A DNA stretch of 63,518 bases from Microcystaceae cyanobacterium (GTDB lineage Bacteria > Cyanobacteriota > Cyanobacteriia > Cyanobacteriales > Microcystaceae), in assembly GCA_040398185.1 (NCBI GenBank), contig JBBAUO010000021.1, positions 1 to 63,518 on the forward strand. Reading direction: 5' to 3'. Numbering within the stretch: position 1 is the stretch's first letter; every line of letters starts with the position of its first letter. A program made the translations under genes and the position numbers. Under the pieces are notes generated by a model that was given only the letters and a program-made list of their open reading frames with translations, did not search any database and was not told where the DNA came from. Below, piece by piece: positions 49,459 to 59,502 of this stretch.

Positions 49459-50691
49459 ATGAAAATTGCCATAATCAGTTCAGGATTCTTCCCCGTTATT
49501 GATGGTGTAACAGTGACTCTCTTTCATCGATTACGCTATCTTAGTCAATATGGTCATCAAGTTTTATTGTTTTGTCCAGATTATAGTTCGCTGGGTTCAA
49601 TTTATCCAGATTGGCAAAAATATACAGGGGAAATCTTTCCTAATGTTAGAACAATTAATCTTCCTAGTACTCCTTTTATGGGTCTAGAATTTGAACAAAA
49701 TGTTAGTCAAAAATCCTATTCAGTGGTCTTACAAGAATTACAATTGTTTCAACCAGATATTATCCATGTTGATGAACCTGAGAGACTATGGTTAGGCTTC
49801 TTAAAACGAGCGGGGCTTGATTTTTCCAGACAAGCTAAAATTCCTTGTGTTAGCTTTTTTCACACCAATTTTATTGAATATCTAGAAGATTATTTACCTC
49901 TTCCCCAATGGGGTTTAAAAATTCTTCAATTCTTAGCGAAATATCATCGTAATTGGATCTATAATGGCTACGACTTGACCTTAATTTCCAGTAAAACGAC
50001 GGCTCATAAAGTCACCAGTCTAGGGTTTAAAAATGTAGTAATCGCTGATTTATTAGGAGTTGATATTGAGCCGTATAAAAATTTAGTCAAAGAATCTAAC
50101 TACTTTGCGACAAAGTATAATATTAAAGACATTAATCAAAAACTAAAATTAGTCTTTTTAGGGAGATTAACCCCTGATAAAGGTTGGCATTTTACCTTAG
50201 ATGCTCTGACTCGGTTTTCTTCTCAGATTAATTTTGACAATCTTGCCTTTATTATTGCAGGAGAAGGAACAATGAAAGCAGAAATTCAACAAAAAATCCG
50301 TAATTTAACTTCTCATATTTATCTATTAGATCGCATTTTGCCAGAACACATTCCCCCATTACTGATCAATAGTGATATTTATGTCACCACCTCTGAAAAA
50401 GAGACAAAAGGGTTGACTATTTTAGAAGCCTTAGCCGCAGGACTTCCCATCCTTGCCCCCCATGCAGGAGGGATTATTGATACTATTCAAAATAACTATA
50501 ATGGTCTACTCTTTACTCCAAAAAATGCGGTAGAATTTATCCAAAAATTAAATTTGTTATTAGAGAATATGGCTTTAAGACAGAAGATAAGTGCCAATGC
50601 GAAAGTAAGTATTCATCGCGGATGGGAAGAAAGTGTTAATAATCTTATCAATATTTGGCAAGAAACAAGGCGTTCTGTAGACGTTGAATGA
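49459..50691 (+). CDS. glycosyltransferase family 4 (GT-B, group 1)
   Basis: N-terminus 'MKIAIISSGFFPVIDGVTV' and C-terminal 'TSEKETKGLTILEALAAGLPILAP' (E-x7-E region) typical of GT4. Confidence 0.8.
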   Translation: MKIAIISSGFFPVIDGVTVTLFHRLRYLSQYGHQVLLFCPDYSSLGSIYPDWQKYTGEIFPNVRTINLPSTPFMGLEFEQNVSQKSYSVVLQELQLFQPDIIHVDEPERLWLGFLKRAGLDFSRQAKIPCVSFFHTNFIEYLEDYLPLPQWGLKILQFLAKYHRNWIYNGYDLTLISSKTTAHKVTSLGFKNVVIADLLGVDIEPYKNLVKESNYFATKYNIKDINQKLKLVFLGRLTPDKGWHFTLDALTRFSSQINFDNLAFIIAGEGTMKAEIQQKIRNLTSHIYLLDRILPEHIPPLLINSDIYVTTSEKETKGLTILEALAAGLPILAPHAGGIIDTIQNNYNGLLFTPKNAVEFIQKLNLLLENMALRQKISANAKVSIHRGWEESVNNLINIWQETRRSVDVE

Positions 50692-50965
50692 CGAGGTAGG
50701 GCGTTAGTAGCATAAAGTCGCCAACCACAGTCTCTCTTAAAGGTAGCTATCTCTGACGGGCACTAATGATACGTTAAAATCAGTACCGTTTGATGAACAC
50801 GACGGCTAGGACTGTTAGTAGTGGGACGACCCCCGTTTTCATAAACTTTATCATAATGAATTTCCGACACAATTGAGGTAGGAATATAGCCATTAACTCA
50901 ATAACGCTTCAGAATTTCTGCTACTAAAGTATCTTTTCCTGGTCGGTCAGCCGAGAGATAGAGTA

Positions 50966-51799
50966 TCATTTATTTGTTTTGCGACTAGCTTTACTAATAA
51001 TACTATCAAAATATTTATTAATAGGTGTTCCTAATAAGCTATGAAATTTTGCCAAAAAAGCCATGGCAAAACCAGGTGTTATAATAAAAATTTTTTGCTC
51101 AATTCCTTTGAGAATTTCTATTGCAACCGATTCTGGACTCCATATTTTTACTTGACCAGTAATCGCTTTTGTTTCTGGTGGTTTTGTTATATTTTCTTGT
51201 GCTAGTTGCGGCGTATCCGTATCTGAAGGATAAACAATTGATAGATTAATTCCTAACATTTTTAACTCTGGACGTAAAGATTCCGCTAATCCTCTAATTG
51301 CAAACTTAGTAGGACTATAGGCAGTATAACCATAAATTCCCATTAATCCAGCCCCAGAAGAAATTAATACAATATGGCCTTTCCCTTGTTCTTGCATGGC
51401 AGGCAATACGGCTTTAATACAATATAGAGAGCCAAAATAATTAACCGCCATCGTTTGTTCAAAAACTTCGATCGGTAAGTTTTGAAAATAGTCTGGATAA
51501 ACAATTCCTGCGGAGTTAATTAATAAGTCTGGTGGGCTAATATTATTAATTACTTGTTCAAGAACTTGTTCAACTTGTTGACGATTACTCACATCAGCTG
51601 TATAAGTTAAAATTTGTTGACTTTTCCGAATTTTTATAGCGTCAAGTTCTGATTTGACCTGTTCTAACTTGAGAGAGTTACGGGCAATTAGAGAAAGATT
51701 ACTTCCAGATAAGGTCAATTCTTTCGCCAATGCTCTCCCGATGCCGCTTGACCCTCCTGTAACAATAGCATGGGAGTAGTGAGATTTTATTAAGATCAT
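50966..51799 (-). CDS. SDR-family oxidoreductase, 3-ketodihydrosphingosine reductase (KDSR)-like
   Basis: 'HAIVTGGSSGIGRALAKEL...LSLIARN' Rossmann motif, catalytic 'YSPTKFA' (YxxxK), hydrophobic C-terminal tail as in KDSR-type SDRs. Confidence 0.75.
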   Translation of the reverse strand: MILIKSHYSHAIVTGGSSGIGRALAKELTLSGSNLSLIARNSLKLEQVKSELDAIKIRKSQQILTYTADVSNRQQVEQVLEQVINNISPPDLLINSAGIVYPDYFQNLPIEVFEQTMAVNYFGSLYCIKAVLPAMQEQGKGHIVLISSGAGLMGIYGYTAYSPTKFAIRGLAESLRPELKMLGINLSIVYPSDTDTPQLAQENITKPPETKAITGQVKIWSPESVAIEILKGIEQKIFIITPGFAMAFLAKFHSLLGTPINKYFDSIISKASRKTNK

Positions 51800-51821
51800 T
51801 ATTAATTATGATAATAGGACA

Positions 51822-52484
51822 TTAACGCGTACCAGAAAGTCTAGCTGATTCTTGCGAAACAACACCTAATGTTTTCTCAACAGTATCTTCATAAACAGTG
51901 AAAAATAAGCCCCGATTAAAACTTGATTGGATATCAGGTTCTACACTAACTTGGTGAGTAATTAAATATTTATTAGAACCCATGGAGTCAATTTGCCAGG
52001 AACCTTGTAGACTTTTCACTTCCCCTTCAACAACTTTGAATTTAATTTGTTTAGGATAATCTTCGTTGACAACAATCTTCACTTTCGCCTTTCTAGAGAA
52101 GGTTAAAAGCTGAAAAACTTGCACTTGTTCAAACACTTTGTAATTCCCTCGATTTTCCAGCAGATTGCTTTCAACTACATTAGGCATATATTTCTCAAAA
52201 TTGTCGTAATCGGTTAAAACTTTCCAAATTACTGATAAATCACCTTTGGCAATCACATATCCTGTGTATTGTCCTTTACTTCCGTTAAGAATGACCTGTC
52301 CTTCTTTTAGGTTAAGCGTAGCCGCCGAAGAATTTTGTTTAACTCTATAGTCATGAACTTGTGCAAGGACAGGAGAATTGGCAAACGATGTGAGAGTGCC
52401 TTTTGAGACTGCTATTGTTGCTAGTGTGATGAATAACAGCCTTCTCATCCATTGTAGATGTTGTTTTTGCCAAGGTTGAATCAT
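51822..52484 (-). CDS. secreted SRPBCC (START/polyketide-cyclase-like) lipid-binding-fold protein
   Basis: Signal peptide 'LLFITLATIAVSKGTLTSFA' followed by ~180-aa SRPBCC-like beta-grip pattern. Confidence 0.5.
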   Translation of the reverse strand: MIQPWQKQHLQWMRRLLFITLATIAVSKGTLTSFANSPVLAQVHDYRVKQNSSAATLNLKEGQVILNGSKGQYTGYVIAKGDLSVIWKVLTDYDNFEKYMPNVVESNLLENRGNYKVFEQVQVFQLLTFSRKAKVKIVVNEDYPKQIKFKVVEGEVKSLQGSWQIDSMGSNKYLITHQVSVEPDIQSSFNRGLFFTVYEDTVEKTLGVVSQESARLSGTR

Positions 52485-52608
52485 GGATTTTGCTAAAATT
52501 TCTAAAAGCCTCTTTTATTTTAACTTAATTGCTAAAAAAGGCAACTTATCTCTTTCCTCTTACTTTAGATAGAGGCTAAGTGAAAGTCATTAATTTGCAG
52601 TTTTTTGA

Positions 52609-53496
52609 TTAAATCTGCCTTCTTAGGTCGTATTGATAATATTTCTGACAGAAGATAAGCCAGTTATGAATAACTTGGCGATACTCAGCTTTAGCTTTAT
52701 ATTGTATGTTGGCGTGGTTAGCTCCTTCGACTAAAATCAAAGATTTAGCCCCTGAAGCTTTTTTATATAAGTCTTGACTCATTGTATAAGGAATAGTTTT
52801 GTCGGCTGTTCCATGAATAATTAAAATTGGCATTTTTAGGGAGCTTATCTTAGATAAAGAATCAAATTTTTGCGTTAAAATTAGCGATTTTGGAAATAGT
52901 TGAATGGGCAAATAATAGTCGATTACTGCTGACATTGAAGTAAAAGAACTTTCTATTATTAAACCGCCCATCGTCGGATATCGAGTGGCTAAATTAATGG
53001 CTATTGCGCCTCCCAATGAATATCCATAAACAAATATATTCTGTGGCAAAATTTGTTTTTTTATGGTTAAATAAGACCAACTTGCTTCCGCATCTTCATA
53101 CAAGCTAATTTCATTAGGAAATGCACCTTGGCTTTTTCCATAACCTCGATAGTCAATCAGTAATATTGAAACGCCTAAGTCATGAAAAAACTCCACTTTA
53201 TCTAGTAAATCCCCTAAGTTACTACTATTACCATAAAAATATAATACTGTGGGACTCTTGAGGAGATTTGAATCAATCCACCAACCATACAATTGTCCTT
53301 TAGGCATAGTAATCCATATCTCCTCATAATTTAACTTTATATCTTTTGGGGTATTATTAATCGCAGAAGAAGGGAAAAATATAAGATGAGTTTGCCCAAT
53401 TCTTAAGCCAATTATTAAGCCCAAATAAAGGCATAAAAAAATACTACTTAGAAACAGGTATTTTTTAGATAGGGCTAAAATAGTTCGCTTGGCCAT
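52609..53496 (-). CDS. membrane-anchored alpha/beta hydrolase (ABHD/Bem46-like)
   Basis: N-terminal TM anchor, 'GYSLGGAIA' nucleophile elbow, 'IIHGTADKTIP' and 'GANHANI' acid/His blocks. Start placed at ATG 53496. Confidence 0.7.
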   Translation of the reverse strand: MAKRTILALSKKYLFLSSIFLCLYLGLIIGLRIGQTHLIFFPSSAINNTPKDIKLNYEEIWITMPKGQLYGWWIDSNLLKSPTVLYFYGNSSNLGDLLDKVEFFHDLGVSILLIDYRGYGKSQGAFPNEISLYEDAEASWSYLTIKKQILPQNIFVYGYSLGGAIAINLATRYPTMGGLIIESSFTSMSAVIDYYLPIQLFPKSLILTQKFDSLSKISSLKMPILIIHGTADKTIPYTMSQDLYKKASGAKSLILVEGANHANIQYKAKAEYRQVIHNWLIFCQKYYQYDLRRQI

Positions 53497-53897
53497 AGAG
53501 TTAAAAGGAAGATTATGCATGCTACAATGGGGTTCGAGTAGCAACGTATACTGTTGGATGACTTGAAAAAAGAAGCCTCGGTTCACAAAAAGCTCGTTAT
53601 CGAAGTTTAGCGACCGCTACTAATTTACTGTGTATGATAGCTTGGTTTAATGATACACGGGAGCAAGTCAGTTCTACAGAACAAATGAACTACAACAGAA
53701 AGCAGCAAAATTGAGTAAAATGAATATCGAAGTCAAGCCGAGTCCTAAAATGAACCCAGAGACCGAAAAAAAACTCCAAGAACATCTGCGAGAAATGTTA
53801 AGTAGAACAACTGCATCTAATTCTACCAAGAACTGGTAGTCTTTACGACAGCCTGCTAGTAAATTTGTTCTGTATTTTAATTAAACTAGAGACGCAA

Positions 53898-55502
53898 ATG
53901 TTACAAAAATATTATCGACAATGGGCATTAAGAAGTCTTGTCTTAGGAATTTTGGTCCCGATACTAACTACTTTACCGGCTTACGGATCTGAAAAAATAA
54001 TTCTAATTTATGGAGGTTTAAATTTCTCTATTCCTGTAAAATCTTTGGAACGATTTGTTCAAAATGGAACAGTTGACCATAGTTTAAAATTCTATTTTCG
54101 TTTTTTAAATGCTCAACAAAAAGCTAATTTACAAGAATTTTTACGCACCCGCTACGCAGTGAAAACCTTCGCATTACATCAGTTAGGACAAACCTATGCG
54201 GGAGAGCAATTATTAACTACCTTAGGTAAGGGAATTCAAATTCCAGGTGGTCGTAATGGTCATTATGCTATTCGAGGCTCGATGATACAAGCTTCAGCAA
54301 CACCTGAAGGTCTGAGTGTGATCAATGTTATCCGTCATTTTCCAACTGATATACAATTAAACATTACATATCTTCTAGCATCTACTAAGCACATTTTTAG
54401 TCTCGTTCAGGACACACAACATTTTATGAAATCGTTACCACAAACGGAGGTGATTAACTCAACGAAAACAATCTCTATTCTACCTAGTTTGGACTTAGAA
54501 AAGACAGATGTGTTTAAAATCAGTAAAAAAGTTTTTTCTTTACATGATTACAAACGCAATCGTCAGTTAAAAATAGCATTCTATTTTCCTAAAACTGAAC
54601 AAAATAAATTTCCTGTAATTGTTATTTCTAACGGTTTGGGAGCACATCTAGATAGATTTAGTAAGTTAGCAGAACATTTAGCTTCTCATGGATTTGCGGT
54701 AATAATTGCCGACCATCCCAATAGTAATGACGAGAGACAAAACGCTTTTTATGCAGGATTATACTCAGAACCTTTTGATGCTACTGAATTTGTTGATCGC
54801 CCTTTAGATGTTACATTTATTCTTGACCAATTTGAGAAATTAAATTCTACTCAGTTTGACCATAAACTCAATTTACAAGAAGTAGGAATTTTGGGTTATT
54901 CTTTTGGGGGAGCCACTGCTTTTGCGTTAGCAGGAGCAAAAATTAACTTTCAGCAACTAGAAAAAGATTGTAAATCTCCTAATGGATTTTATAATATATC
55001 TATCTTATATCAATGTCGGGCTTTAGAGCTTCCTCAAAAATCTTACGATTTAAAAGATCAGCGAATTAAAGCCATATTTGCATTTTTTCCTTTTAGTCGT
55101 AGTCTTTATGGACAATCAGAAATGAATCAGATTAAAATTCCTGTGTTTTGGCAAGCCACAGATGCGGATGTAATTACACCATTATTAACTGAACAAGTCC
55201 CTCCCTTTACTTGGTTACAATCTCGTGACAAATATCTGGCTATTGCTGAAAAACTTCCCCACACTCGTATCATTTTAAATGCCACCAGTAAACTAATTAA
55301 TCAACAAATTACGGAGGAGCAGATAATTCAAACAACTCACCATTATCTAAGCACTTTAAGTTTAGCTTTTTTCAAAACCTATATTGCCCATAATAATCTT
55401 TATTATTCCCATTTACAGCCCCCTTATATATTATCCATTAGTCAGGAACCTTTTAGGTTACATTTAACGCAAAAAGTTCAATTTTCCGTAAATAAAAAAT
55501 AG
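53898..55502 (+). CDS. secreted alpha/beta hydrolase with N-terminal DUF1400-type domain
   Basis: Signal peptide 'LVLGILVPILTTLPAYG'. N-terminal ~200 aa resembles cyanobacterial DUF1400. C-terminal hydrolase with 'GYSFGGATA' nucleophile elbow. Start moved to ATG 53898. Confidence 0.6.
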   Translation: MLQKYYRQWALRSLVLGILVPILTTLPAYGSEKIILIYGGLNFSIPVKSLERFVQNGTVDHSLKFYFRFLNAQQKANLQEFLRTRYAVKTFALHQLGQTYAGEQLLTTLGKGIQIPGGRNGHYAIRGSMIQASATPEGLSVINVIRHFPTDIQLNITYLLASTKHIFSLVQDTQHFMKSLPQTEVINSTKTISILPSLDLEKTDVFKISKKVFSLHDYKRNRQLKIAFYFPKTEQNKFPVIVISNGLGAHLDRFSKLAEHLASHGFAVIIADHPNSNDERQNAFYAGLYSEPFDATEFVDRPLDVTFILDQFEKLNSTQFDHKLNLQEVGILGYSFGGATAFALAGAKINFQQLEKDCKSPNGFYNISILYQCRALELPQKSYDLKDQRIKAIFAFFPFSRSLYGQSEMNQIKIPVFWQATDADVITPLLTEQVPPFTWLQSRDKYLAIAEKLPHTRIILNATSKLINQQITEEQIIQTTHHYLSTLSLAFFKTYIAHNNLYYSHLQPPYILSISQEPFRLHLTQKVQFSVNKK

Positions 55503-55518
55503 TATTGAGTTAGGAATA

Positions 55519-57132
55519 ATGAATAAGTTTTTATTTGCTTTTATGTCGAAAGTCTCTAAAAGATACTTGCTGATAACGATTATTATTCTAGTTTTAGGAC
55601 TCTATTTTAGAATCACAAATCTGAGTAATAAAATTTATTGGGTTGATGAAGTTGCAACTTCTTTGCGCGTGGCAGGGTTTACAAAACAAGAATTAATTCA
55701 GGATGTTTTAAATCTAGGCGTGATAGAGATTAAATCCTTGCAATATTATCAAAAAATTACGCTAAAAAAATCTTTTTATGATTTAGTAAAAGCTTTAATT
55801 AAAAGTCCAGAACATGCACCGCTTTATTTTATCGTTGCTAGAATATGGACTGAGTTTTTTGGCAGTTCAATTTTCTCAATTAGAAGTCTATCTGTGATAT
55901 TTAGTATCCTAAGTTTACCATCTATTTATTGGTTATGTAGACTATTATTTCAATCTTCAAAACCTGGATGGATTGCGGTTTTGCTTTTGGCAATTTCTCC
56001 TCTATACGTAGCCTATGCTCAAGAAGCTCGACCTTATAGTTTATGGCTCGAAATAATTCTTCTATCCCAGATTACTCTTTTGGTATGTTTACGTTCCAAT
56101 TCTTTACTAAATTGGTTTTACTACACTATTATTTTGATTCTTAGTCTTTATACTTCTTTACTATCAATTTTACTAATTATTGCCCAGAGCGCCTACGTAA
56201 TTATAATTAATAAACTTCGAGCTGAATCACAAGTTATTTTCCAATTAATCGCCGTCGGAATTGCCTTAATATTTTTTAGCCCCTGGTTAATCATCATGGC
56301 TCAAAATTGGCAACAATTTCAAGACAACACAACTTGGATGAAAGTCCACTTAAATCTAGGCGCTATGGCGGTAATTTGGTTTTATAGCATGGCTACGATT
56401 TTTATTGAAACACCAATTTATCTAAATTTTGATGCTATGATTTTGACTCGAATCATTATCGACATTAATTTATTTATTTTAGTAATTTTTTCTCTATGTT
56501 TTATTTATCGTAAAACTAATAAAAGTGTTTGGTTATTTGTTTTATTGCAGATACTGATTCCTTTAATAATCATGAGAGGATTAGACCTAACATTAGGAGG
56601 ACAGCGTTCAACAGCTATTAGATATATGATGCCCAGTTATTTATTGGTTCATGTGACAGTTGCTTACTTATTTTCAAGTAAAATTTTAACCGCTTCCAAG
56701 GGTTTTTTTCAAACCAAAAAACAATGGATAGTGCTACTTTTTCTGATTTTGTTTATTGAAGTATCTTCCTGCACTTTTATGTTGAATAAATCTCCCCAGT
56801 ATCAAAAAACTCGCAATCTCCATAATCCTGAGATCGCTCAAATTCTTAATCATAATCCTTTGGCAATTTTACTGACTGAGCCATCCAATATACTTGACGC
56901 TATTTCTATTAGTTATTTACTCAAACCATCTATTCAATTTCAGTTAATTTCTAATCCTTCTCTACTAACACTTTTACCTCTCAGTAGAACTCTTTATGTT
57001 TTAAATCCTTCCTTAGACTTAATCAATCAAATCCGACAGAAGCTAGGGGATTTTGAAATCGAACAAGTCTATCAACCTAAGTTATTAACAGAAGGGGAAA
57101 TTCATTTATCACTTTGGCAGTTAAAAACTTAG
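55519..57132 (+). CDS. glycosyltransferase family 39 (PMT_2/ArnT-like GT-C membrane glycosyltransferase)
   Basis: 'YWVDEVATSLRVAG', 'EHAPLYFIVARIW', 'RSLSVIFSILSLPSIYWLCR' match the ArnT/PMT N-terminal loop and helices. ~12 TM. Translationally adjacent to the upstream hydrolase. Confidence 0.75.
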   Translation: MNKFLFAFMSKVSKRYLLITIIILVLGLYFRITNLSNKIYWVDEVATSLRVAGFTKQELIQDVLNLGVIEIKSLQYYQKITLKKSFYDLVKALIKSPEHAPLYFIVARIWTEFFGSSIFSIRSLSVIFSILSLPSIYWLCRLLFQSSKPGWIAVLLLAISPLYVAYAQEARPYSLWLEIILLSQITLLVCLRSNSLLNWFYYTIILILSLYTSLLSILLIIAQSAYVIIINKLRAESQVIFQLIAVGIALIFFSPWLIIMAQNWQQFQDNTTWMKVHLNLGAMAVIWFYSMATIFIETPIYLNFDAMILTRIIIDINLFILVIFSLCFIYRKTNKSVWLFVLLQILIPLIIMRGLDLTLGGQRSTAIRYMMPSYLLVHVTVAYLFSSKILTASKGFFQTKKQWIVLLFLILFIEVSSCTFMLNKSPQYQKTRNLHNPEIAQILNHNPLAILLTEPSNILDAISISYLLKPSIQFQLISNPSLLTLLPLSRTLYVLNPSLDLINQIRQKLGDFEIEQVYQPKLLTEGEIHLSLWQLKT

Positions 57133-59481
57133 TCACTTGTACCAATAAGCATCACGCTGAAATGGATAGTTCGGTAGGATAATGGGAGAGAATAAGTTTT
57201 TTTCTTCAAAATTTGACCAATTAATTGAGCCACCTAGACTGTAAAATTTGGCTAAGTAGCCACACAAACAAGACCAAATATCTGGAAATTGAAAATCAAT
57301 AGAAATCATCAAATCATAGTCTTCTTGATTTAAAATTTCGAGAGCCTTCTCATTGGATACTTGAGAAGATATTGGATCTGGAAAAAACAGATGTCTATTT
57401 AGATAACTTAATAAAGGAACTTTACCAGGAAAATAAGTGACAGCATCCGATTTTTTTTGTCCAGCTAAGACCATTAAGCTATCTTTTAAACTGACAATTT
57501 CTGCAACAGTCATAGCCACCCAATGTCCAACACCATAACCGATAACGGCTGTGGGAAGAATGCCCCAAGACTCCAAAAGCTTGAATAGGGCATATTCTAA
57601 TATGAAGAGAATGAGCATTAGCTCAGAACTTGTCTGATTTTCTTGTTCAAAAAAGTTACCTAAATCAATCTTCAGGCAAAGTAGAATTTCTTGTTTACAA
57701 TCATCAATTGACTTTTGAAAAACGGATTGAGTTTGATATAAAAACAATGCCTTTTTCCAAGATTTAGAAACATCTTGACAAAATAGAAAAGGAATTTTTA
57801 AGGAATGATTTCTGCTAACTTGTCCAAAGAAGAGATCAAGGGTGAATTGTTCATTCAGAAAGTCTATCAGTTTTTGCTGCAGTGTCGCCAAAGAAAACGT
57901 GACAACCGCTAAACGATAATTAAAATCTGAGCGGCTAGTGTTTGCTGTTCCACAAACATTAGCCAAAGATAAATAGGGATGGGTGGTCAAAAAATCACAA
58001 TATTTCTCAACTAAGACTGTCCTGGCTGATTGACTTTTAGCAGAAAGGGTAAATAAGTAAGCAGGATATTTGACCATTTCCTGAGCCGATACAACGGGAG
58101 TTGAAGCAGGAAATTGAGAAACAATAACATGGGCATTTGTTCCACTAAAGCCAAAAGAACTTACTCCCGCCACTTTTGAATGATTATCTCTTGGCCAAGA
58201 CATATTTTTGGTGGGAATTACCAACGGCAGTTGTGACCAATTAATATTTGGATTAGGATTTTTAAAATGAATTTGAGGAGGAATAGCTTCATTTTGAAGA
58301 CATAAGATAACTTTGATTAAGCTAACAATGCCAGCGGCAGCTTCCAAATGGCCAATATTAGCTTTAACCGAGCCTACAATTAAAGATCCAGAACTTTTTT
58401 GGCTAAAAACTTGCCCCAGTGCTCCAATTTCGATGGAATCGCCCAGTATTGTTCCTGTTCCATGGGCTTCCACATAACTAACGTCATCTGCCTTTATATG
58501 AGCATTTTTAAGGGCTTGTTGAATAACAGCTTGTTGAGCAAGTCCATTAGGAGCCGTTAAGCCATTACTACGACCGTCTTGATTGATAGCCGACCCCCGC
58601 AGAACTGCTAAAATATTATCCTGAGCAGTGATAGCCTCTTGTAACCGTTTGAGAACTACGACACCACATCCCTCTGAGCGCACAAAGCCATTGGCAGAGG
58701 CGTCAAAGGTCTTACAATGACCATCAGGAGATAACATTCGTGCTTTTGAAAAACTAATACTAATTTCAGGGGAAATAATACGATTGACCCCTCCAACAAT
58801 TGCTAAATTACACTCTTGGTTACGGAGACTAGCCATTGCTAAATGAATTGCCACTAGAGAGGATGAGCAAGCTGTGTTCACTGAGAGGCTTGGACCATTT
58901 AGCCCTAAAAAATAGGATAAACGACCTGATGCAGTGCTGTGGGTATTACCTGTTATCAGATAAGCATCAATTTCATTAGGATCTCTTTTTAATAGTTGAT
59001 GCCAGTAATCATTACCACAAATTCCCACAAAAACACCTGTTGAACTGCCACTTAAATTATCGGGAGGAATTCCTGAATTTTCTAGTGCTTCCCAACATAC
59101 TTCTAAAAGGACTCTTTGCTGAGGATCTAAACTAATAGCTTCTCGCGGGGCAATATTAAAGAAATGAGCATCAAAGGTTTGAAGATGTGGAATAAATCCG
59201 CCATAAAACGTACATATTTTCCCTGTTTGATTTAGATCAAGATCGTAGTAAGATGCTAAGTTCCAATGTTCTGGAGGAATTTCGCTGATTCCGTCTTTAC
59301 CATCTCGTAAAAACTGCCAGAAATCATCAGGATTATTAATGCCTCCAGGCAGACGACAACCCATTCCAATTACCGCTATCGGCTCACTTTTAGCTTGCTC
59401 TAAATCATTCAATTTATCTTGCAATTGTTTGATCGCAACTAAAGCTTGTTTTGTCGTAGATAACTCTTGGCTCGATGACAT
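57133..59481 (-). CDS. type I polyketide synthase fragment: ketosynthase (active) + KS-AT linker + truncated inactive acyltransferase; no ACP
   Basis: KS Cys 'NTACSSSLVAIHLA', His 'EAHGTGT' and 'NIGHLEAAAG' all present. AT GHSxGE site replaced by 'GYGVGH'. Gene ends with post-AT motif 'LPNYPFQRDAYWYK'. Stop codon abuts the convergent GT39 stop (TAGTCA). Confidence 0.8.
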   Translation of the reverse strand: MSSSQELSTTKQALVAIKQLQDKLNDLEQAKSEPIAVIGMGCRLPGGINNPDDFWQFLRDGKDGISEIPPEHWNLASYYDLDLNQTGKICTFYGGFIPHLQTFDAHFFNIAPREAISLDPQQRVLLEVCWEALENSGIPPDNLSGSSTGVFVGICGNDYWHQLLKRDPNEIDAYLITGNTHSTASGRLSYFLGLNGPSLSVNTACSSSLVAIHLAMASLRNQECNLAIVGGVNRIISPEISISFSKARMLSPDGHCKTFDASANGFVRSEGCGVVVLKRLQEAITAQDNILAVLRGSAINQDGRSNGLTAPNGLAQQAVIQQALKNAHIKADDVSYVEAHGTGTILGDSIEIGALGQVFSQKSSGSLIVGSVKANIGHLEAAAGIVSLIKVILCLQNEAIPPQIHFKNPNPNINWSQLPLVIPTKNMSWPRDNHSKVAGVSSFGFSGTNAHVIVSQFPASTPVVSAQEMVKYPAYLFTLSAKSQSARTVLVEKYCDFLTTHPYLSLANVCGTANTSRSDFNYRLAVVTFSLATLQQKLIDFLNEQFTLDLFFGQVSRNHSLKIPFLFCQDVSKSWKKALFLYQTQSVFQKSIDDCKQEILLCLKIDLGNFFEQENQTSSELMLILFILEYALFKLLESWGILPTAVIGYGVGHWVAMTVAEIVSLKDSLMVLAGQKKSDAVTYFPGKVPLLSYLNRHLFFPDPISSQVSNEKALEILNQEDYDLMISIDFQFPDIWSCLCGYLAKFYSLGGSINWSNFEEKNLFSPIILPNYPFQRDAYWYK

Positions 59482-59502
59482 AGTAGTAACCAGTAACTAA
59501 TA

